Below, in pieces: positions 27,070 through 38,420 of a DNA stretch of 57,993 bases; positions within the stretch are counted from its first letter, which is position 1; the number at the start of each line of letters is the position of its first letter. Location of the stretch: assembly GCA_026023565.1 (NCBI GenBank), contig JAPETS010000005.1, positions 930,001 through 987,993 of the forward strand, written 5' to 3'. The notes beneath the pieces were generated by a model. It made no database searches. It saw only the letters and a list, made by a program, of their open reading frames with translations, and was not told the DNA's origin. The translations under genes and the position numbers were made by a program. This DNA is from Cirrosporium novae-zelandiae. Its lineage: Eukaryota.

Positions 27070-27204
27070 CAGTGAAGGGAATGGACCAGACCAAATAGAC
27101 GGTCTGACCCCGACCGACCAGACCGACCAGACTGAGCCTCTCCGTCTGTAGACCGACTAGACCGAACCCCTTGGCCTGGTCGGTCTGGTTCATTCCCTTC
27201 ACTG
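27070..27204. mobile_element. MITE-like family B, 135 bp with 23-bp TIRs
   Basis: CAGTGAAGGGAATGGACCAGACC (27070-27092) and GGTCTGGTTCATTCCCTTCACTG (27182-27204) differ by one mismatch. The interior is rich in GACC/AGAC repeats. Confidence 0.8.
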
Positions 27205-28046
27205 GTATGTAAGCCCCGAAAGCCATGATGTCCGCCATGACTGATAACTTATAAGTGATATGCAGACAGTAAAATGAATCATCATTGGTTAGGCTTTGGT
27301 TGATTGATGCAAAGGTACAAGTTTGTAAGTCTGCAAGTCTGCAAGATAGTTGATTGTTTGTTCTAAGCTAGTGTTACGGCGTAATGACTCCGTTGGTTCC
27401 AGTCGGTTGGTTAAGCCAAATGTCTTGCCCTGACAGTTTGGGTACTTACTTACCGAAAGTTAGTCACCCACTGAAACACCTACTTCCTGCACGGTACTTT
27501 GGTGTACAACCTGTTAAAGGTGGAGGTCAAGTTGTGATGTGGTAAGAAGTAAAGGGCCAGTCTATTTATACTCTGTTTGCGGTTAGCGCTACAAGCAAGC
27601 CCCTCTCGGTCAGGACCTTAGCAAAAACTTAGTTAGGACCTCAGTTGTAAATCTCAGTTAATAACTTCAATCGTAAAACTGAATGCAAGCTTAGTCAGAA
27701 TCTCAATTACAAAGATCTCAATCAGTACACGTCTTAATTACAATTATCAGTCAGAAAAAAAATGATAATTCATATTCATAAAAATGGTTGGTGAAATGGG
27801 TCATGTAGAAAATATATTTTTGGTGAGTGACCCAACCTCCGGTAGGCGACCACGTGGTGACCAACTCTACTCGAGTACAGTAGGTCACTTGCGTTACATC
27901 TTTGGAAAAAAATAGCCCTAGTTTTTGTTTTTGAAACATCTTATCTTATCTCTTCTGCAGATGATTATTTTTATCTAATCTAAATGAAATCAATTATATA
28001 TGTAGTTCTATCAGTCAGCAAGTTCTTCACGTGATAGACCGTAATA

Positions 28047-28123
28047 TAGACTAGGCCTTGAGCAATTAAGGTCTCTCTGGTCGGTCAAGCCGGTCGGGGT
28101 TAGAATGTCTATTTGGTTCTGGT
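28047..28123 (-). mobile_element. Degenerate family B copy (reverse)
   Basis: The reverse complement reads ACCAGAACCAAATAGACATTCTAACCCCGACCGG..GACCGACCAGA..ACCTTAATTGCTCAAGG, matching the 27085 and 19815 copies. Confidence 0.65.
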
Positions 28124-29195
28124 TAATGCATGTCTTTTGCTGTCTATCTCCCTACCTAACCTTTTGGGGAACGAACGAACGCGAACGAACGAACCATGTC
28201 ACCAACTCCACACCACATGTTTGTTCAGAAATGCACTAAACAACAAATCAGGAAATCAGAAGATCATGGCGGTTTCCCCAACAACGAAAACAATAACTGC
28301 ATACTGTGAAGGGTTCTTGCTACAGTAGCATGTGCCATATCAGACCATATCATAAAGACCGAAAACCCAAAACCCGTTCCCACCCTAGCCAGAAAGAGAA
28401 AAAAAGCCCTCATGCTGGAAGGATACTTGTTGGTTTTAGCCTTTACTGGCTTAGGCAAAAGCTGGAGTTGGTTGGTAGTTAGGGTTGGGTTAGGCGCAAA
28501 ACTCCGTTGTACATGCTGAGAGTGTGAGAAAGACTGAGAGAAAGAGAGAGAGGTGTGCCCGAAAGGGGAAATATTCTAATTAGAATATTCTTTTGAATGG
28601 AACTGGCTGAGGTGGAAAGGGAAGGGAGGGGAAGTTTATTTAGACGAGAATTACATCGGACACCTTAACTTCCCCCCTTCTTTTTTCTTGGTGATAACGG
28701 AGTTACGTGGGTTCATTGGTTAGGATTGGAGCGTCGGGCTTGGTATTCTTCGGGTTTCGAGGTGAGGTTGAAATGTGTGTGTATGTGTGTGTATGTGTGG
28801 CTCTCCCTCGAGTAAAAGTTAAACTATCTTAGTAGTTACGAATCATACCTTAATAAGAAGCAGCAGAGGCGAAAAGGAAGAAAAGTGAGAGAAGGTTTCA
28901 TCCACCCCCCCTCAGGTTCCTTTCTCGTGAATCACAGGCTTAGAGTCTGAGCCCTTTCTCATTTTTTATTATTTAAGGAGCTCTCTCCCCCCTCTCTCCT
29001 TCACCCTGCATCCTTCTTTTCTTCAACAGTCTTCCCTCTCGCTTGTTTTGATAAGTATACAACACATTCCCCGGTTTTGATACTCCTCGGTTGTCTGTCC
29101 ATCTCCCTAAACGGGACTGAGAATTAGTGTGTACCTTGACGCATCCATACCTTGTTTATTCCTGAGATGCCTTGAATAACCTTTTGTAGGACAAA

Positions 29196-30610
29196 ATGGC
29201 TTGCATGTCAAAAGAGGAGAGCATCACGAAGACTTTGGCGGCGATGAAGGCGACCACGTTTAAATCCTTAGACCTAATCTTAGCCGAGAACATAGCTAAT
29301 CGAGCCGGATCCTCGGACTCACACTTGGGGAGGGAGAGCGTTGGAGCCGAATCCTCGGACTCACGCTTGGGGAGGGAGAGCGTTGAAGCCCAACCCCCGG
29401 ACTCATGCTCGGAGAGGGAGAGCGTTGAAGTCGAATCCTCGGACTCAAGCTCGGAGAGGGAGATCGTTGAAGTCGAATCCTCGGACTCAAGCTCGGAGAG
29501 GGAGAGCGCTGAAGCCGGATTCCTCATGTGGCCAGTTAATGAACCTAAACCCGAGCGCCCATTATGCTCTTGGGCATTCAGGGGGTTGGGGTTCCCTGAG
29601 CAAACGGCTCGAGCGCCAGTTCCGGCCGAAAAGACTGCCGTCGTCTTTTTGTCATGGACAAGTGAGCCTCACACAGGGTACTACACCCAATTCATCAAGC
29701 TCATGGAGGATACTTTCCATTTTCCTGTCTACAAGATCGATATAGGCTATAACCGCTTGGATGGACCCAGAGATAACACCGATATCAAAGACTGCGTGGA
29801 GGAGTTCACGGGCGAGGACACGTTGCTCATTATAGTACATTTCGGGTATGCCGCGTACGAACCGGATGAAGATTGGCTATTGTAGTAAGTTTCTCCCCAG
29901 AGAGAAGACCTTTTGAAAAGAACAAACCTCTTATCTACTCACTTTCTAGCGGCTACCACCCGGGTAACCAGGATTATTGGGACACTTGCCGAGACGAGTG
30001 GTCCTACCTTCGCCCCATGTTCGACGGGGCCGGCTCCAGACTCATTATTTTCCCTAGCGACTATGAAGAGGTGGTCTCTGGAAGCTATTATTATGAGAAA
30101 TGCGATGGATGCGTCGCCCCGGCAGATCACATCACAGCTCGAGACGAGTACCTCTTTGGCGCCTCAAATAGAGAGCGCGATGACTGCTTGGACCCCGACA
30201 CAGTCTTTATGAAAACTCTGGTTTCCGGGCTAAGCTCAGTGGCGACACGCAAAGAATTTTTGGTAGTCCACCTCTATGAAATCATGGTAGAGCTGTCAGA
30301 GGCGGACAGTACGAATTTTCGCAGTACTCATTGTGGACTGGGTCATCGTCTTAGTCTCAAATTGACGGCGCCAGGAAAAGGACCACCAAGTGATTGTGAC
30401 ATTTGCGTGGGGGCGTTATGGTCGTGGCCGGAGAAGCATTTTGACAAATATTGGTATCATGAAGAACAGCCTTCGGAGCCATATCAAGATGAGGAATCAG
30501 AGGGGGGATCGGAGACGCAATCAGAGTGGGACTCAGAGGGGCCATCAGTGGAGGGAGTACGGAGGAGGGGGTGGAAGACGGAATCAGAGTGGAACTTAGA
30601 GGAACCATAA
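29196..30610 (+). CDS. Hypothetical protein, ~449 aa, with N-terminal 14-aa repeats and a degenerate caspase-like (C14/CHAT-fold) domain; exons 29196-29884, 29950-30610
   Basis: A GTAAGT..TAG intron joins two ORFs in frame. The pattern AVVFLSW..MEDTFHFPVYKIDI..DTLLIIVHFGYA..WSYLRPMF..RLIIFPSD..EYLFGAS..FMKTLVSGL follows the layout of fungal caspase-like proteins. Confidence 0.7.
29307..29516 (+). repeat. Coding minisatellite, 5 x 42 bp (ESSDSSSERESVEV-like)
   Basis: Units of the form GAATCCTCGGACTCAAGCTCGGAGAGGGAGAGCGTTGAAGTC. Confidence 0.9.
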
Positions 30611-30987
30611 GTGGAGGTCGTAGAGGTTGGGTGGAAGGGGTTTGAAAGCTAACGTCCCCCCGTGTGGTGAGTAGCAGAAAAAGGCCTTGGAAAAGATTGG
30701 ACGGTTAAAAGGTTGAAAAGTCTTGGGAAGATTATTGGCGTGGTGGTGAGGAGGAAAAAGTTCTTAAATTGTGGGCGTGCTTTTGGTCGAATGCATTTTA
30801 TCACTATGAATACGAGCAGATGATGTATAATGAATAATGATAGTTGAAATAGTTTCGACTTACCAGAAGTACTTGCTACCGAGATGGCAGTTGTTGACCA
30901 TATTTCGCGTGAAAAGTAAATGTACACTTTGCAGCCTTGAAGTCGATATGTCCAACATCTCCTTCTGCCTATATAAAAGAACACACA

Positions 30988-32346
30988 TCACATGTCCACA
31001 TTAAAAGAAAAGACTCCTTTTCCCTTTCTAAACCCTTCCAACGTGCCCTGCACCGTATCCCTCAAATCCTCTTCTTTGGTCTTCCATCCCCACGCACACT
31101 CCTCAATCATCTCACCTAGGCTAAGTTCCCCGCTCCTCATCATCTCTACCACCTCCGCCACTGTCTTCTTTTTCTCCTCCGGGTTCTCCGCCCCCCACTT
31201 TGACACCCAAAAGCCGGTAACGTTATAATTCTTGAATATCAGCAAGCCCGCAGGAAGAGGCAGCGGCTGCTTGGACATGGCACCGTACGTAACGAAAGGA
31301 GATCCGGGCGCTAGACTCTTCAACACCCCCAACGCTGGTTTCCCATGCACGCAATTGAGTCCCAGTTTCGGCATGTTGCCGCCGTTGCCGCCGACAGCGT
31401 CCTTTAACAATGGTTTCCAGACCTTGGAGTTCTCGAGTTTGGAGTCCTCAACCACGATGTCGGCGCCGAGGGACTGGAGATCAGATTTTAGTGCCGCGAG
31501 GGCGTCGGCGTCGGCGCGATCGCGGATGATGTTGATGGTTTTGAAACCCCATTTTCGCGCCAGTTGGATCACACAGCGGCCAACGGCGGAGTTGGCGCCG
31601 TTCTGCAGGACCCAGTCGCCTGGGGAGAGGGCGGTAAAGTCTTGGAGCAGCCGATATGCCGTTATGGGGTTAACGGTTGCCATGCTGAGTTCGATTTTGC
31701 TGGGTGTTTTTCCTCCCTGTTCCTGGTCTTTCTTGCTGCTGACTTTTAGTACGTCACCTTCGTCTACCTGCAGGTGCGTTCGCCATGTCCCGAGGCCACT
31801 TCGCGCGGGTACTACCCAGTCGCCCGGTTTTAGTGTCGACACAGAGCCCCCCACGTTGACGACCTCTGCGAGCATTTCGTTACCTGGGATCGCCGAGGGT
31901 TGCGCCGTGCCGAGGGAGGTGGTGAAGGGTGGGAGAGAGGGGTAGACACCCTGGATTTGGTTTATGTCGGCTGGATTGAGAGGTGCTGCTAGGGTTTTGA
32001 GCGTGACGAGGTGTGAGTGAGGAGGGGAGAGGGAGTGGTTGTGTAACCTGTTTGCGATGGAGGGTTAGTTTTATTTCTCCGGTCTAGGAGGTTGGGCTAA
32101 TTGGAGATTGGAAACTAGAGCGGGGTTGGCTGCTCACTGTAACACGTCTTTTGGCTCACCATGTTTGGTATATACGAGTGCTTTGGCCTGTGTATATCCA
32201 TATAGTGACCGTGGGCGGTCGAACGGCAGAGTGATGCGGGCATGTTTGGAGAATGCGCTGCGGGCTAGGGGGGCATTGTTGGTGAGAGGAGTTGTCGTCA
32301 ATGGACGAAGTAAGGAGCCACTGGACTTTAGAGCTGTTCGTGACAT
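30988..32346 (-). CDS. ETR1: Mitochondrial trans-2-enoyl-ACP/CoA reductase (MDR family); one intron ~32137-32048
   Basis: Arg/Ser-rich presequence, YGYTQAKALVY, AAPLNPADINQIQGVYP, GNE, GTWRT, TVNPITAYRLL, QNGANSAVG, TYGAMSKQP, GFWVSKW. Confidence 0.93.
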
Positions 32347-32785
32347 TTTTTAACAATCGAACAGAAATATAAAAGAGGGAGGAATCAATTGACGTGGTGG
32401 TGAAGACTGAAGCTCCCGGAACAGCTTCTGACTTTCGGAAGAAGACGCAGCTGTGACGTACAAGAAACAGGGATGGTATCGGTATTTTCCAACGGCGATA
32501 ACGGCCTTATCAGTCTAGTTGAAATAAAATACAGGTACAGTACAAAGAACTCCGTACCTTGGAAAGAAATTTAATCACTAAAAAATTACTCTCTATTAAA
32601 ACAATTCTTTTCTGCTAACCATATTTTTAGACCTCGTTCTTTTTGCTTAAAAACCATATTCTCAGTGCACGAAGTAACCAACATTCTGGAGGAGCATGGT
32701 CGATAGAAGTGGGTGGCATGGTTCTGGCTCTAGTCAAGTCACCATCCTTCCATCGACTCTATCGTAACTCATAACTCATATAATC

Positions 32786-35262
32786 TCACCTGTGCTTCCC
32801 GCATTTATCACACACGTCCTCGGCCTTTGGTCTTCCACTCAACGTGTCTACCACATCCTTTAGACCCAGCCAGAACTCGTCTTTCGGTCTACGATTTTTC
32901 CAATCCGTTTCTGTTTCTTCTAGTTCGCTCATAGACCCAAACACTATACTTGCACCACGAATTCCTATAACGACAGTACTCATCTTGTCTTCCATAATCT
33001 TCCTGCCCGGACGCCCTTTGAAGTCTTCCAAATACTGTATACAACGAACCGCCATCCTAGCAGCACGTACTCGGTCCATTGCCGACGGAATATTACCTTG
33101 TTGCATATGACCAGGAACAGCAAATCGCGACTCGAAGCGGTCATGTGCTTCCTCTTTAATCATCTTCGAGATGAGCTCGGTCGAATAAGTTGCGCTGGCC
33201 TTTTCGTTTCGTAGGATTAGCTTTCCAGCTCTTCCCATCCCACGATCGGCTGCAAACGCTTTGCGAAGATGCTCGATATCCCGGGATAGCGTCTTTAGAG
33301 CTATTCCCTCTTCTGGAATATATACGGCCAAAGCCCCAACTGCAAGACCGGCCATGGCAGCGATGTAGCCAGATCGACCACCCTGGGTTTCCACCACGAA
33401 GACACGGCGACGAGAGGCGGAGGCTGACTGTCGGATACTGTCGCAATAGTAGACAAGCGAGTTAAGACAGGTATCAGAACCGAGAGAATATTCAGTGCCA
33501 GGTACGTTATTGGAAATTGTAGCCGGCAGAAGAGCGAGAGGTATGCGGAAGGAGTGATAAAACTTCCTTGCCTGTCTGAGCTCGCTAACAGCACTAAATG
33601 CCTCGAAACCTCCAATGACAAAAAGAGCATCGAGTTTGTATTTCCCAAAGCATGTAGCTACGGCTTCGATTCCTTCCTCCTTGGTACCATCGCGAAGGGC
33701 CTCTGACGGCAGAGTACGGTTTGTGCCAATTTCGGAACCACCTTTACTAACCCATCCTTCAACATCTAGCCAACTGAGTTCGCGAACAGAGCTGAGAGGT
33801 TCATCTTCATGGTGGCGAACCAGTCCAGAAAATCCATTGTAGATTCCCAGTGGGGTGTGTCCACGAGTAAGGCAATAGGCGACGGCTGCTCGCACCGCAG
33901 AGTTCATCCCACCTGCGGGAGCCCCAACGTTGACTATTCCAACACGCATACGCTAGGCAGATTAGTCATGACCTCTTGATATATATAAAAGATTTACCTT
34001 TTCTTCCGGCAGACGCATCTTTGGATCATCTGTTTGTGTCGTCATCATGTAAGCAGAGTATATTTCCGCAAATTCTGTATCTCGATATCCCATAGCAACG
34101 TCCCATTCCTTGGCCTTGATTGCAGCAGCGACATCCTTTGTCAACTTAACAGCATCTACCAATGGCTTTCTAACAATCTTGTTTTCGGTGATTGCAATCA
34201 TTGGGCTAGGGGTTTCAGGAGTTGAATCCAACACTGCTTGGACAGCTTCAACACCTTGAAGAGTAGAGAGCCATCGGTCATAAGCGCATGCTGGTCCGCC
34301 GCGTTGGACATGTCCGAGGGTAGTGATACGCGTATCTAGACATAGAGGAGCTGCAGAAAGCAGATCTTTGACATCCGAGGGGGTGATTTTATTATGATTT
34401 GGGTCATGGGCCCCTTCAGCCACGATGACAATCGTCTTTCGTTTACCAAGATCTCGGTGCTGTATGGTCAGAATCTACTTCTCAACACGATCAAGTATAC
34501 ACTAACTTTTTTGATGATACCACACATTTGCTCTTGCCAATTTTCTGCCGGTGGCTTTTCTGGAATGAATATAAAATCTGCTCCGGTGCTGATTCCAGCC
34601 ATGAGAGCTAGCCAGCCACAATGCCGTCCCATTACCTCAACCACAAAAGCCCTCTGATGAGACATGGCCGTAGATTCAATGTTATCAACAGCTTCGCATA
34701 TTCGTGCCAATGAGGAATAGCAGCCAATAGTTGCATCTGTGGTGGACATGTCATTGTCGATCGAGCCAACTAGGCCAACAATATTGAGGTGTTTGAAGGG
34801 TGTGACTTGTGCTTCCGTCAATTCATTTTTGTCAACAAGTTCTTGTATTAAGCTGGGCCACTCTGAGCGGAAGAGGTCTGCCCCTGTCAAGCTTCCATCT
34901 CCACCGCATACAATCAATGCATCGATTCCTTTCTCAATCATATTTTTGGCAGCTCTCAGCCGGCCTTGCCTTTCCCGGAAATTCTGGGATCTTGCAGTGC
35001 CAATCAGGGTTCCTCCTTCTGACAGCCAACCTCTAACATCACCCCATTCCATTTTCTTAATGAGATCCCCCCCATGAACTAGTCCTTCGTAGCCCTCGTA
35101 AATGGCATATGCTTCGCACCCCCGAGCAATAGTCATCCGTACAACAGCCCGTACAGCTCCGTTCATGCCGGGAGAGTCCCCACCGCTGGTCATAACACCA
35201 ATGCGGCGTTTCTTCCCAGAAGGGAGAGGCTCAACCTCAGGGAATTTCATAATATTACTCAT
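32786..35262 (-). CDS. pfkA: 6-phosphofructokinase; two introns (~34507-34460, ~33997-33953)
   Basis: [75 protein letters not shown]. Start at 35262 or 35250. Confidence 0.98.
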
Positions 35263-35728
35263 CGGCAAAGCTGAAATGAACAAGTGCGGGGTGGCTTTGT
35301 TTTTGGTAAAGAGTGGAGTTGAAACAGACTGTTGAATCAATAGAATAGAAGGTTACAATGAGGTAGAGCGGAGATTTCTAGTAGAATTTTTATAGTATTG
35401 TGGAAAAGAAAAGAATGTGAAGACAAACGATTAAGAGTGGGCTTTGGTCTAGACCGGCATGCAGTAGGAGTTCACGGGTATTGCAAAAAGTAACGTCAGG
35501 GTACCAACGATGGATGTGAGCTTCGACCAATTGAAGTGGGGTTATAGGTTCACGAGGTTATGTCATCCCGCATTGGGAGCCGAAACCTAAGGCAACCCAA
35601 TCTTATCACGAGTTCGATGCCTGAGGTATCTTTGAGTTCCAGACTTTACATCTTTACATCCAAACACTTGACCGAATATTTCGTTTGCACTAAAAAAGCA
35701 ATTACTCGAAAATTTTCTTAATCAAATT

Positions 35729-37728
35729 ATGGATACTGATCTCTTTGTCTCTTTACGTGCATCTCCCCAAGATAGTGCAGCCCAAAAGCCCTTGGCAATA
35801 TTAATCTCCCAAATCAACGAACAGCGTGGGTCGTTCAGAAATATCACCGAGGAGAGCCTACTGGAAGAGATCAAAGCGTCTGAAGCTGGGAAGGAAACAG
35901 AAACAATCGAGGATGATGAGAGCGAAGATGAGGCCAAGACACAACGAGAAGCCGTTATTACTGCGAGGGAGGAAGTCTTGAAGCAAATCTCGTAAGATCT
36001 CCCCTTTCCTTTTTACAGTAAGATACTTATAAGTATTTGACGCTAGGCGTGCACACAATGATGCCCTCTACGCCCTTGATTTTATCTCCCTTCTTCTTTC
36101 AAAGCTAGCCCCTCGACAAGGAGAGCTCTCAATGTCACCATTATTAAAGCAGCTCATCCCTTCAGGGTCTCTCGGATCAGAAATTATTCAACGACCGGAA
36201 AAGTCAGCAGAGCAGAAAAAGGATGATGAACTTGTATCTCGAGGCTGGAAGCTCGAAGGCCTAAATTCAGCTGTCGATTCAATACTACGCTCGGCCACTC
36301 AGTTGAAGAAAGAGGTAGAGCTGGAGACCAAATACTGGGAGCAGATGTTGGCGATCAAAGGAGAAGGGTGGTCTATTTGTAGAATGCCTAAGCAAAGACA
36401 TACGCTTGGGGTCAGATTTGGGTTTTCTGAAGGTATAATGTCTAGTTTTCAACACCAATGACTTTGCTAATTGAATAGCTGCACCTGAATTTAGAGACCG
36501 TGGCTTAGCTCCTCTCCGCAGAGCAGCTGATGGCTCGTTATACCTGGACCAGAACCCAATTTTTTCGCAACGGAGAATGGTTCGCATTCGCATACAGAAA
36601 GATGGACAGATTATCGGGTCAACCTGTCTTCCCGAAAAACCAGTAGGTCCCGATGAGCCCGTTGAGAAAGTGATTCTCCAAGCACGCAACTCATTATACG
36701 AAGAAGAGCTTTTCTATGAAATTAATCGAGAAGCAAGAACCCTTACAAACCAAGGGGTTCGTAATTTTGGTAATGCTATCCACTTTCCCTTCATCGACCA
36801 GCAAGAAGTTCTCGTTGATCTTGTTAAATGTGGAGACCCAGAACTTGAAATTTATCCTCAAAAAGATGTCGCCGTTTGTATTGCGGTAGCTCTTCGTCTG
36901 CTTCTATCTCATGCACATCAGCTGAATCTTCGACAACGTTCTCAACCTCCTCCACCCCTAACAGATCGCAAGAGACCACTTCCAGTTTATTCGCTACTTC
37001 GGCCGATCTTGACCCATATTCAACATTACACTGCCCAGCGTAAGCTCTATGACCTGTTGAATGGCTTTGCCTGTCCCTTTCGCTCTGCAGGCTTAGAAAG
37101 TTATTCTATGACTTTCTCCTCGTCGGCTATCCTCGAGGCCCTCACCAATCTAACGCCCGAGGGCATAAACACACAAAGCTCTATTGCAAATGCTCTATTA
37201 ACAGCCGTATCTGCACCTCTAAATTCTTCTATAACTTTGAAGCTTCCTTCTGGTAGCTCTGTTTCCATCAATATCTTCACACGGCTTCAAATGCCAACAT
37301 TCGGAACCGAATACACTCTTAGCCCAATCACTAGGACGTCCTCTAGTTATTTGCCAACATCACAACTCCGTTTCTCAGATATCAATCAGCTTTCCGCTTA
37401 TATCCTCTACCTTTTGACGCTAGATGTGACGCATACACTCGTCTCCCAACCATATTTGAGCCAAACCGAAACCGAACATCCGATCTGGACTACCCACAAT
37501 CTTATGGCGGGCGAGATAACCGTCACATTTCCAGACACTGCCCAGAATAAACGTGTCATGATCTCCGTTACGGAAGGTCGATTTGATGTATCGTGGAAAT
37601 GGCGACACACCAAGTCGTATGAGCTTTCCGTTTCCATGCATGCGTGGGTTAACGACCAGGGCGCCAATACGAGAAACGGGAATAAAACCTTGGAGGATAT
37701 CGTAAAGGCCATTGAGCGGACAGAATAA
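35729..37728 (+). CDS. SRB4: Mediator of RNA polymerase II transcription subunit 17; introns ~35992-36046, ~36433-36478
   Basis: QINEQRGSFRNITEESLLEEI, ALDFISLLLSK, GWKLEGLNSAVDSILRSA, ETKYWEQ, LGVRFGFSEAAPEFRDRGLA, ARNSLYEEELFYEINREAR. Confidence 0.92.
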
Positions 37729-38420
37729 GGGAAATGGATTGAATATCAGAGCCAAGACCTTTTTACTGACACGGCTGATTGAGCCATAGGTTTATAGGGC
37801 CAACGTAGACTATATTCTATCAGGGTTGGCTCCTCTTAGAACATCCACCTACTCCTTAACACCAAAAGAAAGCTAGGATAGAATCAGATTGGAAAGACCA
37901 TGACCATACTACGAAGGTTCCAGTACATATCCCTCATAGTAAATGATTATAACAAACTGGATTTCGTAAAGGTGATTTAGTTGACTAGGACAGTGGAGCA
38001 TTGCGACGGTTCTAATGACAAGATATAGATTACAAAACAGCAGAATTTACGAAGCCACTTTATAAAAGCCTTCAACCAAAATCTAATTCTAATCCAAAAT
38101 TATTTTTTAATGAAAAAAAAAAAACCTAATTTTTGCTCTTCAAATTTTGGGAAGCCTCCAGGCAAGCAACATGGGTAGCTCATATATTAATGTAGTCTCG
38201 CACGCCTCGTTACTCGTAATTACTTCGTATGGCTTCATAGGAATAAATCGGATCCAAGCACCGAGTAGCCTATCCGAGTGCCGAGACAAGTCAGTCTATG
38301 CCAAGTCCTTGGCTTGGTGAGCAAACAAAGCAAACTTTGTGTCATTGCATTGTCCTGCTGACAACACAGTCGAGCTCCCAAGGTACTCAGGGCTGCTCCT
38401 CACAACTCTGCTGTCAACTC

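Noticed and set aside
29307..29516. CRISPR-like array
   Set aside because: Contiguous in-frame coding repeats without spacers, in a eukaryotic context with no cas genes.
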